From the NCBI GenBank assembly GCA_964526665.1, contig CAZGJL010000004.1, positions 2,064-66,063 on the forward strand: a stretch of DNA of 64,000 nt. Direction: 5' to 3'. The notes below the pieces were generated by a model. The model had not been told where the DNA came from, ran no database searches, and saw nothing but the letters and a program-made list of their open reading frames with translations. Shown in pieces: positions 53,655-61,784 of the stretch. Position 1 is the first letter of the stretch. Every line of letters starts with the position of its first letter. The translations under genes were made by a program, and so were the position numbers. This DNA comes from an uncultured Candidatus Peribacteria bacterium (GTDB lineage Bacteria > Patescibacteriota > Gracilibacteria > UBA4473).

Positions 53655-54512
53655 CTAATCTACATCCAGTATCTGACGCAATAACCAATCGATAAAACGA
53701 AATTTTGTCTTTTTGATTCCTGAATAATTACGCTGTACCAGTGATCCTACTCGTACTCCGGCAATTTCACGCAATCGAAGATTTTCTTCGAATACTCCTC
53801 GAAGGGAAGGCAAAAACTGAAATTTAATATCATGCTCTTCACAAAAAGAAACAAGCGAAAGAGTATGCTCAAATGCATCACATTGAACAATAGCCGTCAC
53901 TTTTTCTTTTTCACATACCTTTTCAAGTTGATCGAGTTTCCCCAGCAAAGGAGCTTCTCGAAATCCCTTTGCTAAACCATATGGATCAATAACTCCTATA
54001 ATCTGAAAGGGAACAAATGTATCTGCCTTTACTCGAGCTACAAACTGCTCTGAAACACGATTTGCTCCAATAATGAGGGTTTTATACCCTTTCCCCGCTT
54101 TCTTCGCTCTACCGAGCAATACGCGAAATATTTTCTGAGACACGATAAGCCAGACCGAACCAAATAAAAGTGCATACACTCCAATTAGTCGGGAAAACAA
54201 TATTTCTCGTGGAAAGAAATACGAAACAATAAGAAATCCTACGGCAATCACTCCCCCCACAAAAATCAAAACAATATCATATCCCGCTCTGACTCCCGAA
54301 CGCGGAGGCAATCTGTATGCTTTTACAAAAGCGAGAAATCCAATCCATACAACTGTTGCTGCTGCTGCAAGAATAGCAAAGAGTTCAAAAGGGAAATCTG
54401 TTGAAAGGATCCAGTTAACCCGAACAAAATACGCCAACAAAAACATGATCCACACGAGAAACACATCCAGAAGAATGTGCATCACTCGTAACCAAATCCA
54501 GTTTTTTGACAT
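53655..54512 (-). CDS. polyprenyl glycosylphosphotransferase (WbaP/WcaJ-like), N-terminal TM plus CoA-binding-like part only; catalytic domain missing
   Basis: Four or five TM helices and a TLIIGANRVS...IIGVIDP Rossmann-like region. It ends at KTKFRFIDWLLRQILDVD*, about 10 aa into where the Bac_transf domain normally starts. Confidence 0.55.
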   Translation of the reverse strand: MSKNWIWLRVMHILLDVFLVWIMFLLAYFVRVNWILSTDFPFELFAILAAAATVVWIGFLAFVKAYRLPPRSGVRAGYDIVLIFVGGVIAVGFLIVSYFFPREILFSRLIGVYALLFGSVWLIVSQKIFRVLLGRAKKAGKGYKTLIIGANRVSEQFVARVKADTFVPFQIIGVIDPYGLAKGFREAPLLGKLDQLEKVCEKEKVTAIVQCDAFEHTLSLVSFCEEHDIKFQFLPSLRGVFEENLRLREIAGVRVGSLVQRNYSGIKKTKFRFIDWLLRQILDVD

Positions 54513-54525
54513 TGGTATTTAAGAC

Positions 54526-55191
54526 TTAGTTCGCAATACATCCCAGTGGATCTGTTTGGAATGTACAAGACCCTGGTCTTACCATAGCACAGTCCAGCAT
54601 TGCCACACAGGCAGTACAGTCTGTTAGACACCCGGTACTAACACCACTCGCTGTTAAGGGTATTACTGTCCAAGAAGGACCCACCGCCTGACAACTAGTT
54701 GCAGTAAGAACTCCATCTGTCCATGTACACAGAGGAGCTTTCTCTATTCCAACCGTCGTACCATCTACAAAAATTGAAAAAGTCGGATCAAGGGTGAGTA
54801 TCCCATTTCCCGCATTCTCTTCTTCTGCACCAACGGCAATAAAAAAATTATTATTATTACCAACCCCGTCTTCCAAAAAGACATAATAATAATTTAATCC
54901 ATTTTTTACCTCAGGAATCGAATAATCATTATTTGCTAGCAATGTCCCCAGTCTTTCTGTCGATGCTTCTGAACATGCTAAATTCCCTGTATAATTATAC
55001 ACCGTACAATCTCCTTCTCCTCCCGAGTCCACCTTAATCATCAGTGCTAAGTTCTGTACTGCTGATGAACGTTCTGCGTCTCTGGCTTTTGCGAAATACG
55101 AACGAAATGTTCCTACCGCAATAGTAGAAAGAATCCCCAAAATCACAATCACTACCAGTAATTCAATAAGTGTAAATCCTGCCTTTTTCAT
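54526..55191 (-). CDS. type IV pilin-like protein, paralog 1
   Basis: MKKAG|FTLIELLVVIVILGILSTIAVGTFRSY prepilin motif. Cys-rich, unique C-terminus. Confidence 0.85.
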   Translation of the reverse strand: MKKAGFTLIELLVVIVILGILSTIAVGTFRSYFAKARDAERSSAVQNLALMIKVDSGGEGDCTVYNYTGNLACSEASTERLGTLLANNDYSIPEVKNGLNYYYVFLEDGVGNNNNFFIAVGAEEENAGNGILTLDPTFSIFVDGTTVGIEKAPLCTWTDGVLTATSCQAVGPSWTVIPLTASGVSTGCLTDCTACVAMLDCAMVRPGSCTFQTDPLGCIAN

Positions 55192-55312
55192 TTTTTTTTC
55201 GTAGGAAAAAGAGTTTCAAAGAAAGTATAACAAAAAGAACGAGAAACTAATAATGAAAGGTATCAATTATGAATTCTTTGTAAAGAAATCATTATGACTT
55301 TCTTCTAATCTA

Positions 55313-56065
55313 TTATAAGTCTGAACAGACCCCATTCCAGGTTCCATTAAATGGCACTGTTTCACATTCTGCCTGGTTATCCGGCCCTGGAGTAGTGGTA
55401 CATCCTCCAAGATTCCAACTACACCCCGCTGCTACACATGCTGTAGCTGGACCAGGAGAATATGTCGCACAAACAGTATCCATATTAATTGGTGCTCCAT
55501 TTGAATTAAGCATGTATAAAGAAACTTCTGCCATTGTTGAACATTCAGCACCTCCTTCTTCCCAAGTACAACCCTTCCCCTTTTCAATCCCCACGCCAGT
55601 ACCATCTACGAAGATAGATTCTGGTTCTCCCCCTACTGTCATTTGACCATTTTCTGCTGCCTCTTCTTCTGCTCCAGTCGCAATAAAAAATTCATTCTCT
55701 CCTTCTGTCTCCCCCAAAACAAACCCATAGTAATATTCAAGCCCATTTTTTACCTCAGGCATTACATAATCATTATCTAATAACAACATTTGTAGGTTTC
55801 CCTGTGATTCACACGAATAGTCACTTGTTGTTGTGGTATTACCATCGGCTGTATAGTTATAGGTTCCACAGTCTCCTATTCCTCCTGAATCAACCTTTAT
55901 CATCATCGCCAAAGTCTGTACTGTTGCTACCCGATCACTATCTCGAGCCTTCGCGAAGTAGGAACGAAAGGTTCCCACAGCAATGGTCGATAAAACACCA
56001 AGAATCACAATTACTACGAGCAATTCAATAAGTGTAAATCCTGTTTTTTTTCTCCCCTGTTTCAT
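55313..56065 (-). CDS. type IV pilin-like protein, paralog 2
   Basis: MKQGRKKTG|FTLIELLVVIVILGVLSTIAVGTFRSY, starting from the ATG at 56063-56065. Unique Cys-rich C-terminus. Confidence 0.85.
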   Translation of the reverse strand: MKQGRKKTGFTLIELLVVIVILGVLSTIAVGTFRSYFAKARDSDRVATVQTLAMMIKVDSGGIGDCGTYNYTADGNTTTTSDYSCESQGNLQMLLLDNDYVMPEVKNGLEYYYGFVLGETEGENEFFIATGAEEEAAENGQMTVGGEPESIFVDGTGVGIEKGKGCTWEEGGAECSTMAEVSLYMLNSNGAPINMDTVCATYSPGPATACVAAGCSWNLGGCTTTPGPDNQAECETVPFNGTWNGVCSDL

Positions 56066-56094
56066 CCGTGGAAGTATAACTATCAAGCACAATA

Positions 56095-56128
56095 AAGTAA
56101 AAAAAAACTTCCCCCGAAGGAGAAGTTT
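56095..56128 (-). terminator. terminator after pilin paralog 3
   Basis: AAACTTCCCC-CGAA-GGAGAAGTTT hairpin followed by a T-run on the minus strand. Confidence 0.6.
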
Positions 56129-56148
56129 ATTTTTACAATCTTTTTATA

Positions 56149-56781
56149 TTAAGTAGATGGTACTATTAACCACTCATCATTATCAGAGTCATAATACCAA
56201 AGTTCCCAATCCGTGTGACATGATATAACACCCTCAACACTAACAGCACATCCTCCTGGCAAATCAGTTATAGCCGCTACTATACCATGACGTACCGCAT
56301 TAGTTCCTTTATTCGTTCCATCTAAAAATACAAAGGTTCCCGATGCTGCCAGTATCTCCTCTCCGTTCTGTGGAGCTTCTTCTTCTGCCCCTACTGATAT
56401 AAAAAACTCATTATCTCCTTCTGTGCCACCCAACCAAAACCCATAATAGTAAACTAATCCATTTTTTTCCTCTGGCATTGAATAATCATTCTGCGAAAGT
56501 AAAGTTTCCAATACTCCTTCGTGAGTACAGTCTACTGTAGAAGTAGTCGAAACATCTTCACCTGCAGTATAATTATATACCCCGCAATCACCGGCTCCAC
56601 CTGATTCAACCTTAATCATCATCGCCAAGTTCTGTACTGTGGATACTCGCTCACTATCTCGAGCTTTAGCGAAGTACGAACGAAATGTACCGACGGAAAT
56701 CGTTGACAAGATCCCGAGGATCACGATCACCACCAGCAACTCAATAAGGGTAAACCCTCGCTGTTGGAATTTGTTTTTCAT
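56149..56781 (-). CDS. type IV pilin-like protein, paralog 3
   Basis: MKNKFQQRG|FTLIELLVVIVILGILSTISVGTFRSY. The first 108 aa are identical to paralog 4. Confidence 0.88.
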   Translation of the reverse strand: MKNKFQQRGFTLIELLVVIVILGILSTISVGTFRSYFAKARDSERVSTVQNLAMMIKVESGGAGDCGVYNYTAGEDVSTTSTVDCTHEGVLETLLSQNDYSMPEEKNGLVYYYGFWLGGTEGDNEFFISVGAEEEAPQNGEEILAASGTFVFLDGTNKGTNAVRHGIVAAITDLPGGCAVSVEGVISCHTDWELWYYDSDNDEWLIVPST

Positions 56782-56810
56782 TTGTATGAAATGTTAAAAA
56801 TTACAAATTT
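56454..56810. repeat. 357-bp block identical to 57330-57686 (pilin 5' UTR plus the first 109 codons)
   Basis: A line-by-line comparison by eye found no mismatch. Identity decays 3' of the block and stops 29 nt upstream of the ATG. Confidence 0.85.
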
Positions 56811-56819
56811 TTCAAAGGA

Positions 56820-56848
56820 ATACTGAGCGTTTTAGATTCTTAGTGCAA
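56820..56848 (-). promoter_or_regulatory. pilin promoter TTGCAC-17nt-CAGTAT
   Basis: The plus strand shows atactg at 56820-56825 and gtgcaa at 56843-56848. The same architecture precedes paralogs 4 and 5. Confidence 0.5.
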
Positions 56849-56974
56849 CTTTTTTATTCAAAAAAAGCTAGCAACCATACATCTTTTGTGTCTTTATATA
56901 TATTAAACAACTCCTGCCTACTGGTGCAAACTTCTTTCATAAAAAAAACTAGCACCTCCGAAAAAATTGTTTCT

Positions 56975-57014
56975 TTTTATAAAAAAAGTCTCTCACGTTA
57001 ATGTGAGAGACTTT
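56975..57014 (-). terminator. terminator after pilin paralog 4
   Basis: AAAGTCTCTCAC-GTTAAT-GTGAGAGACTTT perfect 12-bp stem followed by a T-run on the minus strand. Confidence 0.7.
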
Positions 57015-57039
57015 TAAAACCATACGTATTAAATAATCT

Positions 57040-57657
57040 TTACGAAGTAACTAGGCTTCCATCAGAGTCAATCTTCGTAATATCCCAGCCAGTACCAGTA
57101 TCACATGCTGGCGCTCCTCCATCAGGGATCCAACAAATTGGACCGCTGTCTGTAAATGCACTTATACCTGCTGTTGTCCCATCGACAAAAGCGAACCCAT
57201 CAAAGCCCGTCGAGGCAGATAATACCTCAACAGCTTTTCCATTCTGTGGGGTTTCTTCTTCTGCTCCAATAATAATGAAAAACTCATTATCTCCTTCTGT
57301 CTCACCCAACCAAAACCCATAATAGTAATCTAATCCATTTTTTTCCTCTGGCATTGAATAATCATTCTGCGAAAGTAAAGTTTCCAATACTCCTTCGTGA
57401 GTACAGTCTACTGTAGAAGTAGTCGAAACATCTTCACCTGCAGTATAATTATATACCCCGCAATCACCGGCTCCACCTGATTCAACCTTAATCATCATCG
57501 CCAAGTTCTGTACTGTGGATACTCGCTCACTATCTCGAGCTTTAGCGAAGTACGAACGAAATGTACCGACGGAAATCGTTGACAAGATCCCGAGGATCAC
57601 GATCACCACCAGCAACTCAATAAGGGTAAACCCTCGCTGTTGGAATTTGTTTTTCAT
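57040..57657 (-). CDS. type IV pilin-like protein, paralog 4
   Basis: Same leader and N-terminal 108 aa as paralog 3, with a different C-terminus. Confidence 0.88.
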   Translation of the reverse strand: MKNKFQQRGFTLIELLVVIVILGILSTISVGTFRSYFAKARDSERVSTVQNLAMMIKVESGGAGDCGVYNYTAGEDVSTTSTVDCTHEGVLETLLSQNDYSMPEEKNGLDYYYGFWLGETEGDNEFFIIIGAEEETPQNGKAVEVLSASTGFDGFAFVDGTTAGISAFTDSGPICWIPDGGAPACDTGTGWDITKIDSDGSLVTS

Positions 57658-57686
57658 TTGTATGAAATGTTAAAAATTACAAATTT
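57330..57686. repeat. 357-bp block identical to 56454-56810
   Basis: See 56454-56810. Confidence 0.85.
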
Positions 57687-57694
57687 ACTCTGGC

Positions 57695-57723
57695 ATACTG
57701 ACTATTCTCAATAGGTAGTGCAA
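57695..57723 (-). promoter_or_regulatory. pilin promoter TTGCAC-17nt-CAGTAT
   Basis: The plus strand shows atactg at 57695-57700 and gtgcaa at 57718-57723. Confidence 0.5.
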
Positions 57724-57848
57724 ATTTTTTGTTCAAAAAAAGGTAGTAAAAATGATGCTTTCGTGTTTTTTTAATATTATTTCCATTAAATTAAATGTAT
57801 TTTCTTTTTTGTTTTTTCCTATAAAATTACTCCCATATATCTTTGCTA

Positions 57849-58484
57849 TTAAATAGCTGGATTGGTGTATGGCCCTAAAACCCCCGACGGGGTAATTTTG
57901 TATAATTTCCAAGCACCCTCACAGTCTGGACCACTACCTCTCCATGTACATCCCCCTAATACATTACCTGATCCCTCAACTGTCTCTCCTTGCATTGCTG
58001 CAGTAATTCCTTTTGTTGTTCCATCAAGAAAAACATATGCTTCTGGGGTGGAAGTTATCAGTTTTCCATTTTGTGGATTCTCTTCTTCTGCTCCCACTAC
58101 AACAAAAAAATCATTATCTCCAGATGTCGTTCCCATGTGTATAGCATAATAATATGCTAAACCATTTTTTACCTCTGGCATTGAATAGTCATTATCTGCT
58201 AATAAATCACTTAATCCTGTAGTTAAAATTTGTGTGTCACAAGACTCTCCTGAGGCATCCCCTAACATAGCATAATTATATACCGTACAATCCCCCTTCC
58301 CTCCTGAATCAACCTTAATCATCATAGCAATATTCTGTACTGTCGACACACGCTCTGAGTCTCGAGCTTTGGCAAAGTACGAACGAAATGTACCAACCGA
58401 AATGGTAGATAATATCCCGAGGATCACTATCACTACCAGTAACTCAATGAGGGTGAATCCCTTCTGTTGGAATTTGTTTTTCAT
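57849..58484 (-). CDS. type IV pilin-like protein, paralog 5
   Basis: MKNKFQQKG|FTLIELLVVIVILGILSTISVGTFRSY. Unique C-terminus. Confidence 0.88.
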   Translation of the reverse strand: MKNKFQQKGFTLIELLVVIVILGILSTISVGTFRSYFAKARDSERVSTVQNIAMMIKVDSGGKGDCTVYNYAMLGDASGESCDTQILTTGLSDLLADNDYSMPEVKNGLAYYYAIHMGTTSGDNDFFVVVGAEEENPQNGKLITSTPEAYVFLDGTTKGITAAMQGETVEGSGNVLGGCTWRGSGPDCEGAWKLYKITPSGVLGPYTNPAI

Positions 58485-58510
58485 TTGTATTTTATAAAAT
58501 TTCCTGAGTA

Positions 58511-58539
58511 ATCCTGACTATAATGAAAGATAAGTGCAA
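58511..58539 (-). promoter_or_regulatory. pilin promoter TTGCAC-17nt-CAGGAT
   Basis: The plus strand shows atcctg at 58511-58516 and gtgcaa at 58534-58539. Confidence 0.45.
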
Positions 58540-58569
58540 TTTTTTTTATGTTTTTTATGATTTTTAAAA

Positions 58570-59080
58570 TAACGCCCCCTATCCCCCTCTTATAATCAAG
58601 AGGGGGGATATAAATAGATTTTTATTTCGTTTAATACTCTTCCTATATTTCCCAAAACTTCTTTATTTTTAAAACGTACGACAACAATATTATGGGATTC
58701 TAAAAACTTTGTTCTTGCCGCATCATCTAATATCACTTCTTTATCTTCATGATATTTTCCATCCAATTCAATGGCTATTCGATACCGAGGACAATAAAAA
58801 TCCAGTATATAATTTTGAACACTATATTGTCGGTAAAACTTAACCCCTAATTTATTCTTACGTACATACTGCCAGAGACATTTTTCTGCTATGGTTCCTT
58901 TTCTTCGAAGTAATTTTCTTCTTTCACGCAATATCTGAATATTATATCCCTTTTTCATACTCAAATCCTACAAAACAGACCACAAAATAAAACCCATCCA
59001 TTTAATCATTTTTTAATCTATACCCCCCTCTTGATTATAAGAGGGGGACAAAGACGATCCCCAATGACTCGGGGGCGTTA
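58570..59080. mobile_element. DUF559-endonuclease cassette bounded by inverted C5/G5 hairpin repeats (putative small mobile or homing-type element)
   Basis: Left end: TAACGCCCCC-TAT-CCCCCTCTTATAATCAAGAGGGGGG (58570-58607). Right end: CCCCCCTCTTGATTATAAGAGGGGG-23nt-GGGGGCGTTA (59023-59080). TTTAAAA sits immediately outside both ends. Confidence 0.45.
58596..58958 (-). CDS. DUF559 (Vsr/restriction-endonuclease-like fold) protein
   Basis: ERRKLLRRKGTIAEKCLWQYVR...KFYRQYSVQNYILDFYCPRYRIAIELDGKYH... pattern. ATG at 58956-58958 (the track uses TTG at 58964). The last residues, YPPS*, are encoded by the terminal repeat. Confidence 0.8.
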   Translation of the reverse strand: MKKGYNIQILRERRKLLRRKGTIAEKCLWQYVRKNKLGVKFYRQYSVQNYILDFYCPRYRIAIELDGKYHEDKEVILDDAARTKFLESHNIVVVRFKNKEVLGNIGRVLNEIKIYLYPPS

Positions 59081-59106
59081 CTTTAAAAAATTCCCTCTCT
59101 TTTCTC

Positions 59107-60084
59107 CTACAACGTTGGTAGTACTCGCTCAATCCGAGCTACAGCATCCATGTCTTCTGGAAAAATGAATTTTTCTCCTGTTACCCGCTCATAGAGGTCA
59201 ATATATTTTTCTGCTGCCATCATACGTAGCTCATCATCCAAATATTGTGACGGATCCGCGCTGGCATCATCCACATCATATCCTTTGGCCACGATTTTCG
59301 TTCTCACAAACTCCTTACTCAATGCCTCTGGTTCTTTTCCTGCATCAAATAATTCCGCGTACGTATCTGCCACCCAGTACCTGGAACTATCTGGCGTATG
59401 TACCTCATCAATTACAATAAGCTCTCCTTCTGGTGTTATTCCCATTTCATATTTCGTATCGACCAAGATCAATCCACGCTCAACAGCAACCCTTTGCCCA
59501 AGAGAAAACATCTTCAAAGCATATTCTTGCGCCTTTTCCCACGTGGGCGTATCAAGATATCCTCGACTTACAACTTCTTCCGAGGAAATATTCTCATCAT
59601 GTTCTCCTGCCTCACTTGGTTTTGTAGTTGGCGTAATGATAGGAGCAGCGAAAATCTGATTCTTTTTCATCCCTTCTGGCATTTCAATACCACAAATCAT
59701 ACGATCTGAATTTTGGTACGCATACCAACTCGATGTTTTGGTTGATCCGGTCAAATATCCACGCACGATAACTTCTATAGATAAGGGCTTCACATTTTTT
59801 ACAAGAGAAATATTCGGATCTGGCACATCGATCAAGTGATGAGGCACCACTCCGTCAAGCTGACGAAACCACCATGCTGCGATTTGGTTTAATACCTGTC
59901 CCTTGAATGGTACGGTTCCCAGAACGAAATCAAATGCTGAAATACGATCTGTTACTACGATTGCACGTCGCGCATCATCCAAAACAAAGCTTTCTCGTAC
60001 CTTTCCCTTATGATATTCCTGAGCACTGGGAAACGAAATAGCATCAACAGTTGTTACAAGTGCTGCTTGAATCAGATCGTTCAT
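59107..60084 (-). CDS. purC: phosphoribosylaminoimidazole-succinocarboxamide (SAICAR) synthase, long form
   Basis: GKVRESF...VTDRISAFDFVLGTVPFKGQVLNQIAAWWF motif. 325 aa. Confidence 0.92.
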   Translation of the reverse strand: MNDLIQAALVTTVDAISFPSAQEYHKGKVRESFVLDDARRAIVVTDRISAFDFVLGTVPFKGQVLNQIAAWWFRQLDGVVPHHLIDVPDPNISLVKNVKPLSIEVIVRGYLTGSTKTSSWYAYQNSDRMICGIEMPEGMKKNQIFAAPIITPTTKPSEAGEHDENISSEEVVSRGYLDTPTWEKAQEYALKMFSLGQRVAVERGLILVDTKYEMGITPEGELIVIDEVHTPDSSRYWVADTYAELFDAGKEPEALSKEFVRTKIVAKGYDVDDASADPSQYLDDELRMMAAEKYIDLYERVTGEKFIFPEDMDAVARIERVLPTL

Positions 60085-60138
60085 ATGGTTATTTTAAAAA
60101 TACAGAATTAGTATGTACAAATTTAAAGAAATTTCAAT

Positions 60139-60193
60139 CTTCAAATATAAAATTCAATATTTGAAGTTTGTAGATTGTAGATTGAAGTTTGAC
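60139..60193. repeat. heptad-unit repeat copy upstream of trmD (10-bp hairpin plus heptad core)
   Basis: CTTCAAATAT (60139-48) pairs with ATATTTGAAG (60157-66). The core is ATT-TGAAGTT-TGTAGAT-TGTAGAT-TGAAGTT-TGAC, with 27 nt identical to 53567-53593. Confidence 0.75.
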
Positions 60194-60216
60194 AAAAACT
60201 CTGCCAAAATCCAGAC

Positions 60217-60876
60217 ATGAAATTCGAAATTTTGACCATTTTCCCCGAAGCATTTGAAAGCTTTGTAAAAACCTCCATTATTGGAAGAGCTATCGATGAA
60301 GGAAAAATAGAAATAAACATTCACGACATCCGTGATTTTACGGAGAATAAACATAAAAAAGTAGATGATGTTCCTTTTGGCGGAGGTGCGGGAATGCTCA
60401 TGGCATGCCAACCACTCTTTGATTCCATTGAGCACGTAAAAGGATTAGAAAAAGACAACGCACCTGTCATCTTCTTCACTCCGAGTAAAACCGTTCTCAA
60501 TCAAGAAATAGCAGAAGAATATTCAGATCAAAAAAAGTATTCACGAATAATTTTATTATGCGGACACTATGAAGGAATAGACCAGCGTGTGCGCGACAAT
60601 CTCATTGATCGAGAAATATCTATTGGAAACTTTGTACTCACGGGAGGCGAACTTCCTGCTCAAGTTTTCATTGATGCCGTTGGGCGACTCATTCCTGGAG
60701 TATTAGGAAAAGAAGAGAGTCACCAAGAAGAAAGTTTCAGTGAAAAACTAAAGGGAAAAATTGAATATCCTCATTACACACGTCCCTCAGACTTCCGTGG
60801 AATGAAAGTACCCGAGGTTCTCATTTCTGGACACCACGCAAAAATTGAAGAGTGGCGCAATGACAAGTGCCAATAA
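60217..60876 (+). CDS. trmD: tRNA (guanine37-N1)-methyltransferase
   Basis: MKFEILTIFPEAFESF, DDVPFGGGAGM, and LLCGHYEGIDQRV. Confidence 0.95.
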   Translation: MKFEILTIFPEAFESFVKTSIIGRAIDEGKIEINIHDIRDFTENKHKKVDDVPFGGGAGMLMACQPLFDSIEHVKGLEKDNAPVIFFTPSKTVLNQEIAEEYSDQKKYSRIILLCGHYEGIDQRVRDNLIDREISIGNFVLTGGELPAQVFIDAVGRLIPGVLGKEESHQEESFSEKLKGKIEYPHYTRPSDFRGMKVPEVLISGHHAKIEEWRNDKCQ

Positions 60877-60913
60877 GTTCAAATTACAATTCACAATTCA
60901 CAAATTTCAAATT
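60877..60913. repeat. inverted heptad-unit repeat copy immediately after the trmD stop
   Basis: The reverse complement, ATTTGAAATTTGTGAATTGTGAATTGTAATTTGAAC, matches about 28 of 35 positions of 60159-60193. Confidence 0.65.
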
Positions 60914-60973
60914 GAATAGACTTTCTTATGTCTAATCTGATAAAATCTGAATGAATTTTTTGATAAAATAAAA

Positions 60974-61705
60974 ATGGATACAAAAGACGGCCCATCAATT
61001 GCACATATTATTATACGATTTTTCACTGGATTTGGTGCAGGCCTATCGGGAAGCATTGTGTTTCTGCTTATCCTCTTTGCAGGATGGTCTGTTGTGGGAG
61101 AAACGCTTTCTGTTACACCCGAAACCATGAATGAGTTTGGTGTTCTTGTCGGACAAAACAGCACTCACCCTCTTTTTGTATATCTTGTACTCTTAGCAAC
61201 CTTTCTCGGTGTTCTTGCCTCTACGGCAGCCTATACATTTCTCATGACCCTTATTGAGAGTCGTTTTACATTACGATCAACAACACTCACTCATGTTTTT
61301 TTTGGAAATCTTGTTCTGATGATTTTCCTTCTTCCTGCATATGTTGTTGCTAGTAGTGAAATAGGTCTTGATGGTATTACTTCCGTAGTACTTGCACATA
61401 TATTAATTTCTGGATTATTTTCCTTTCTTGTTATTGAATCTCTTCATTCAAATAAATATTTTCTTGTAAAAGTGTACGCACTTATTATTGCTCTCTCGTT
61501 CTTCTTTTTTATGTCTACAAAGCTAGCAACAAATACAACCTCCTTGGTCATACTTTCTATGCCATTCCTTTTTGGATTCCTAGCAATGACGAGCTCCCTG
61601 GCAATGGCTATTTATAAGTGGTTCTACCGCACCTACGGAAGCGATGTTCTTAATATCGATACTCGTTTTGGTAGTGATTATGACGACAACTCAAAAAACT
61701 ATTAG
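60974..61705 (+). CDS. hypothetical polytopic membrane protein
   Basis: 243 aa with about 6 hydrophobic segments. Confidence 0.65.
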   Translation: MDTKDGPSIAHIIIRFFTGFGAGLSGSIVFLLILFAGWSVVGETLSVTPETMNEFGVLVGQNSTHPLFVYLVLLATFLGVLASTAAYTFLMTLIESRFTLRSTTLTHVFFGNLVLMIFLLPAYVVASSEIGLDGITSVVLAHILISGLFSFLVIESLHSNKYFLVKVYALIIALSFFFFMSTKLATNTTSLVILSMPFLFGFLAMTSSLAMAIYKWFYRTYGSDVLNIDTRFGSDYDDNSKNY

Positions 61706-61784
61706 TCGTCTATTCTTTTTCTTGTATTAAAAAAGTCACCCCATAATTCAGAGTGACCTTTTATTTTAAAACAATATTTTTTTA

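Noticed and set aside
53028-58539. Diversity-generating retroelement (Avd-like gene near variable pilins)
   Set aside because: There is no reverse transcriptase ORF. No template/variable repeat pair with adenine-specific mismatches was found. The only long repeat between pilins is perfectly identical and covers the constant part, not the variable part.
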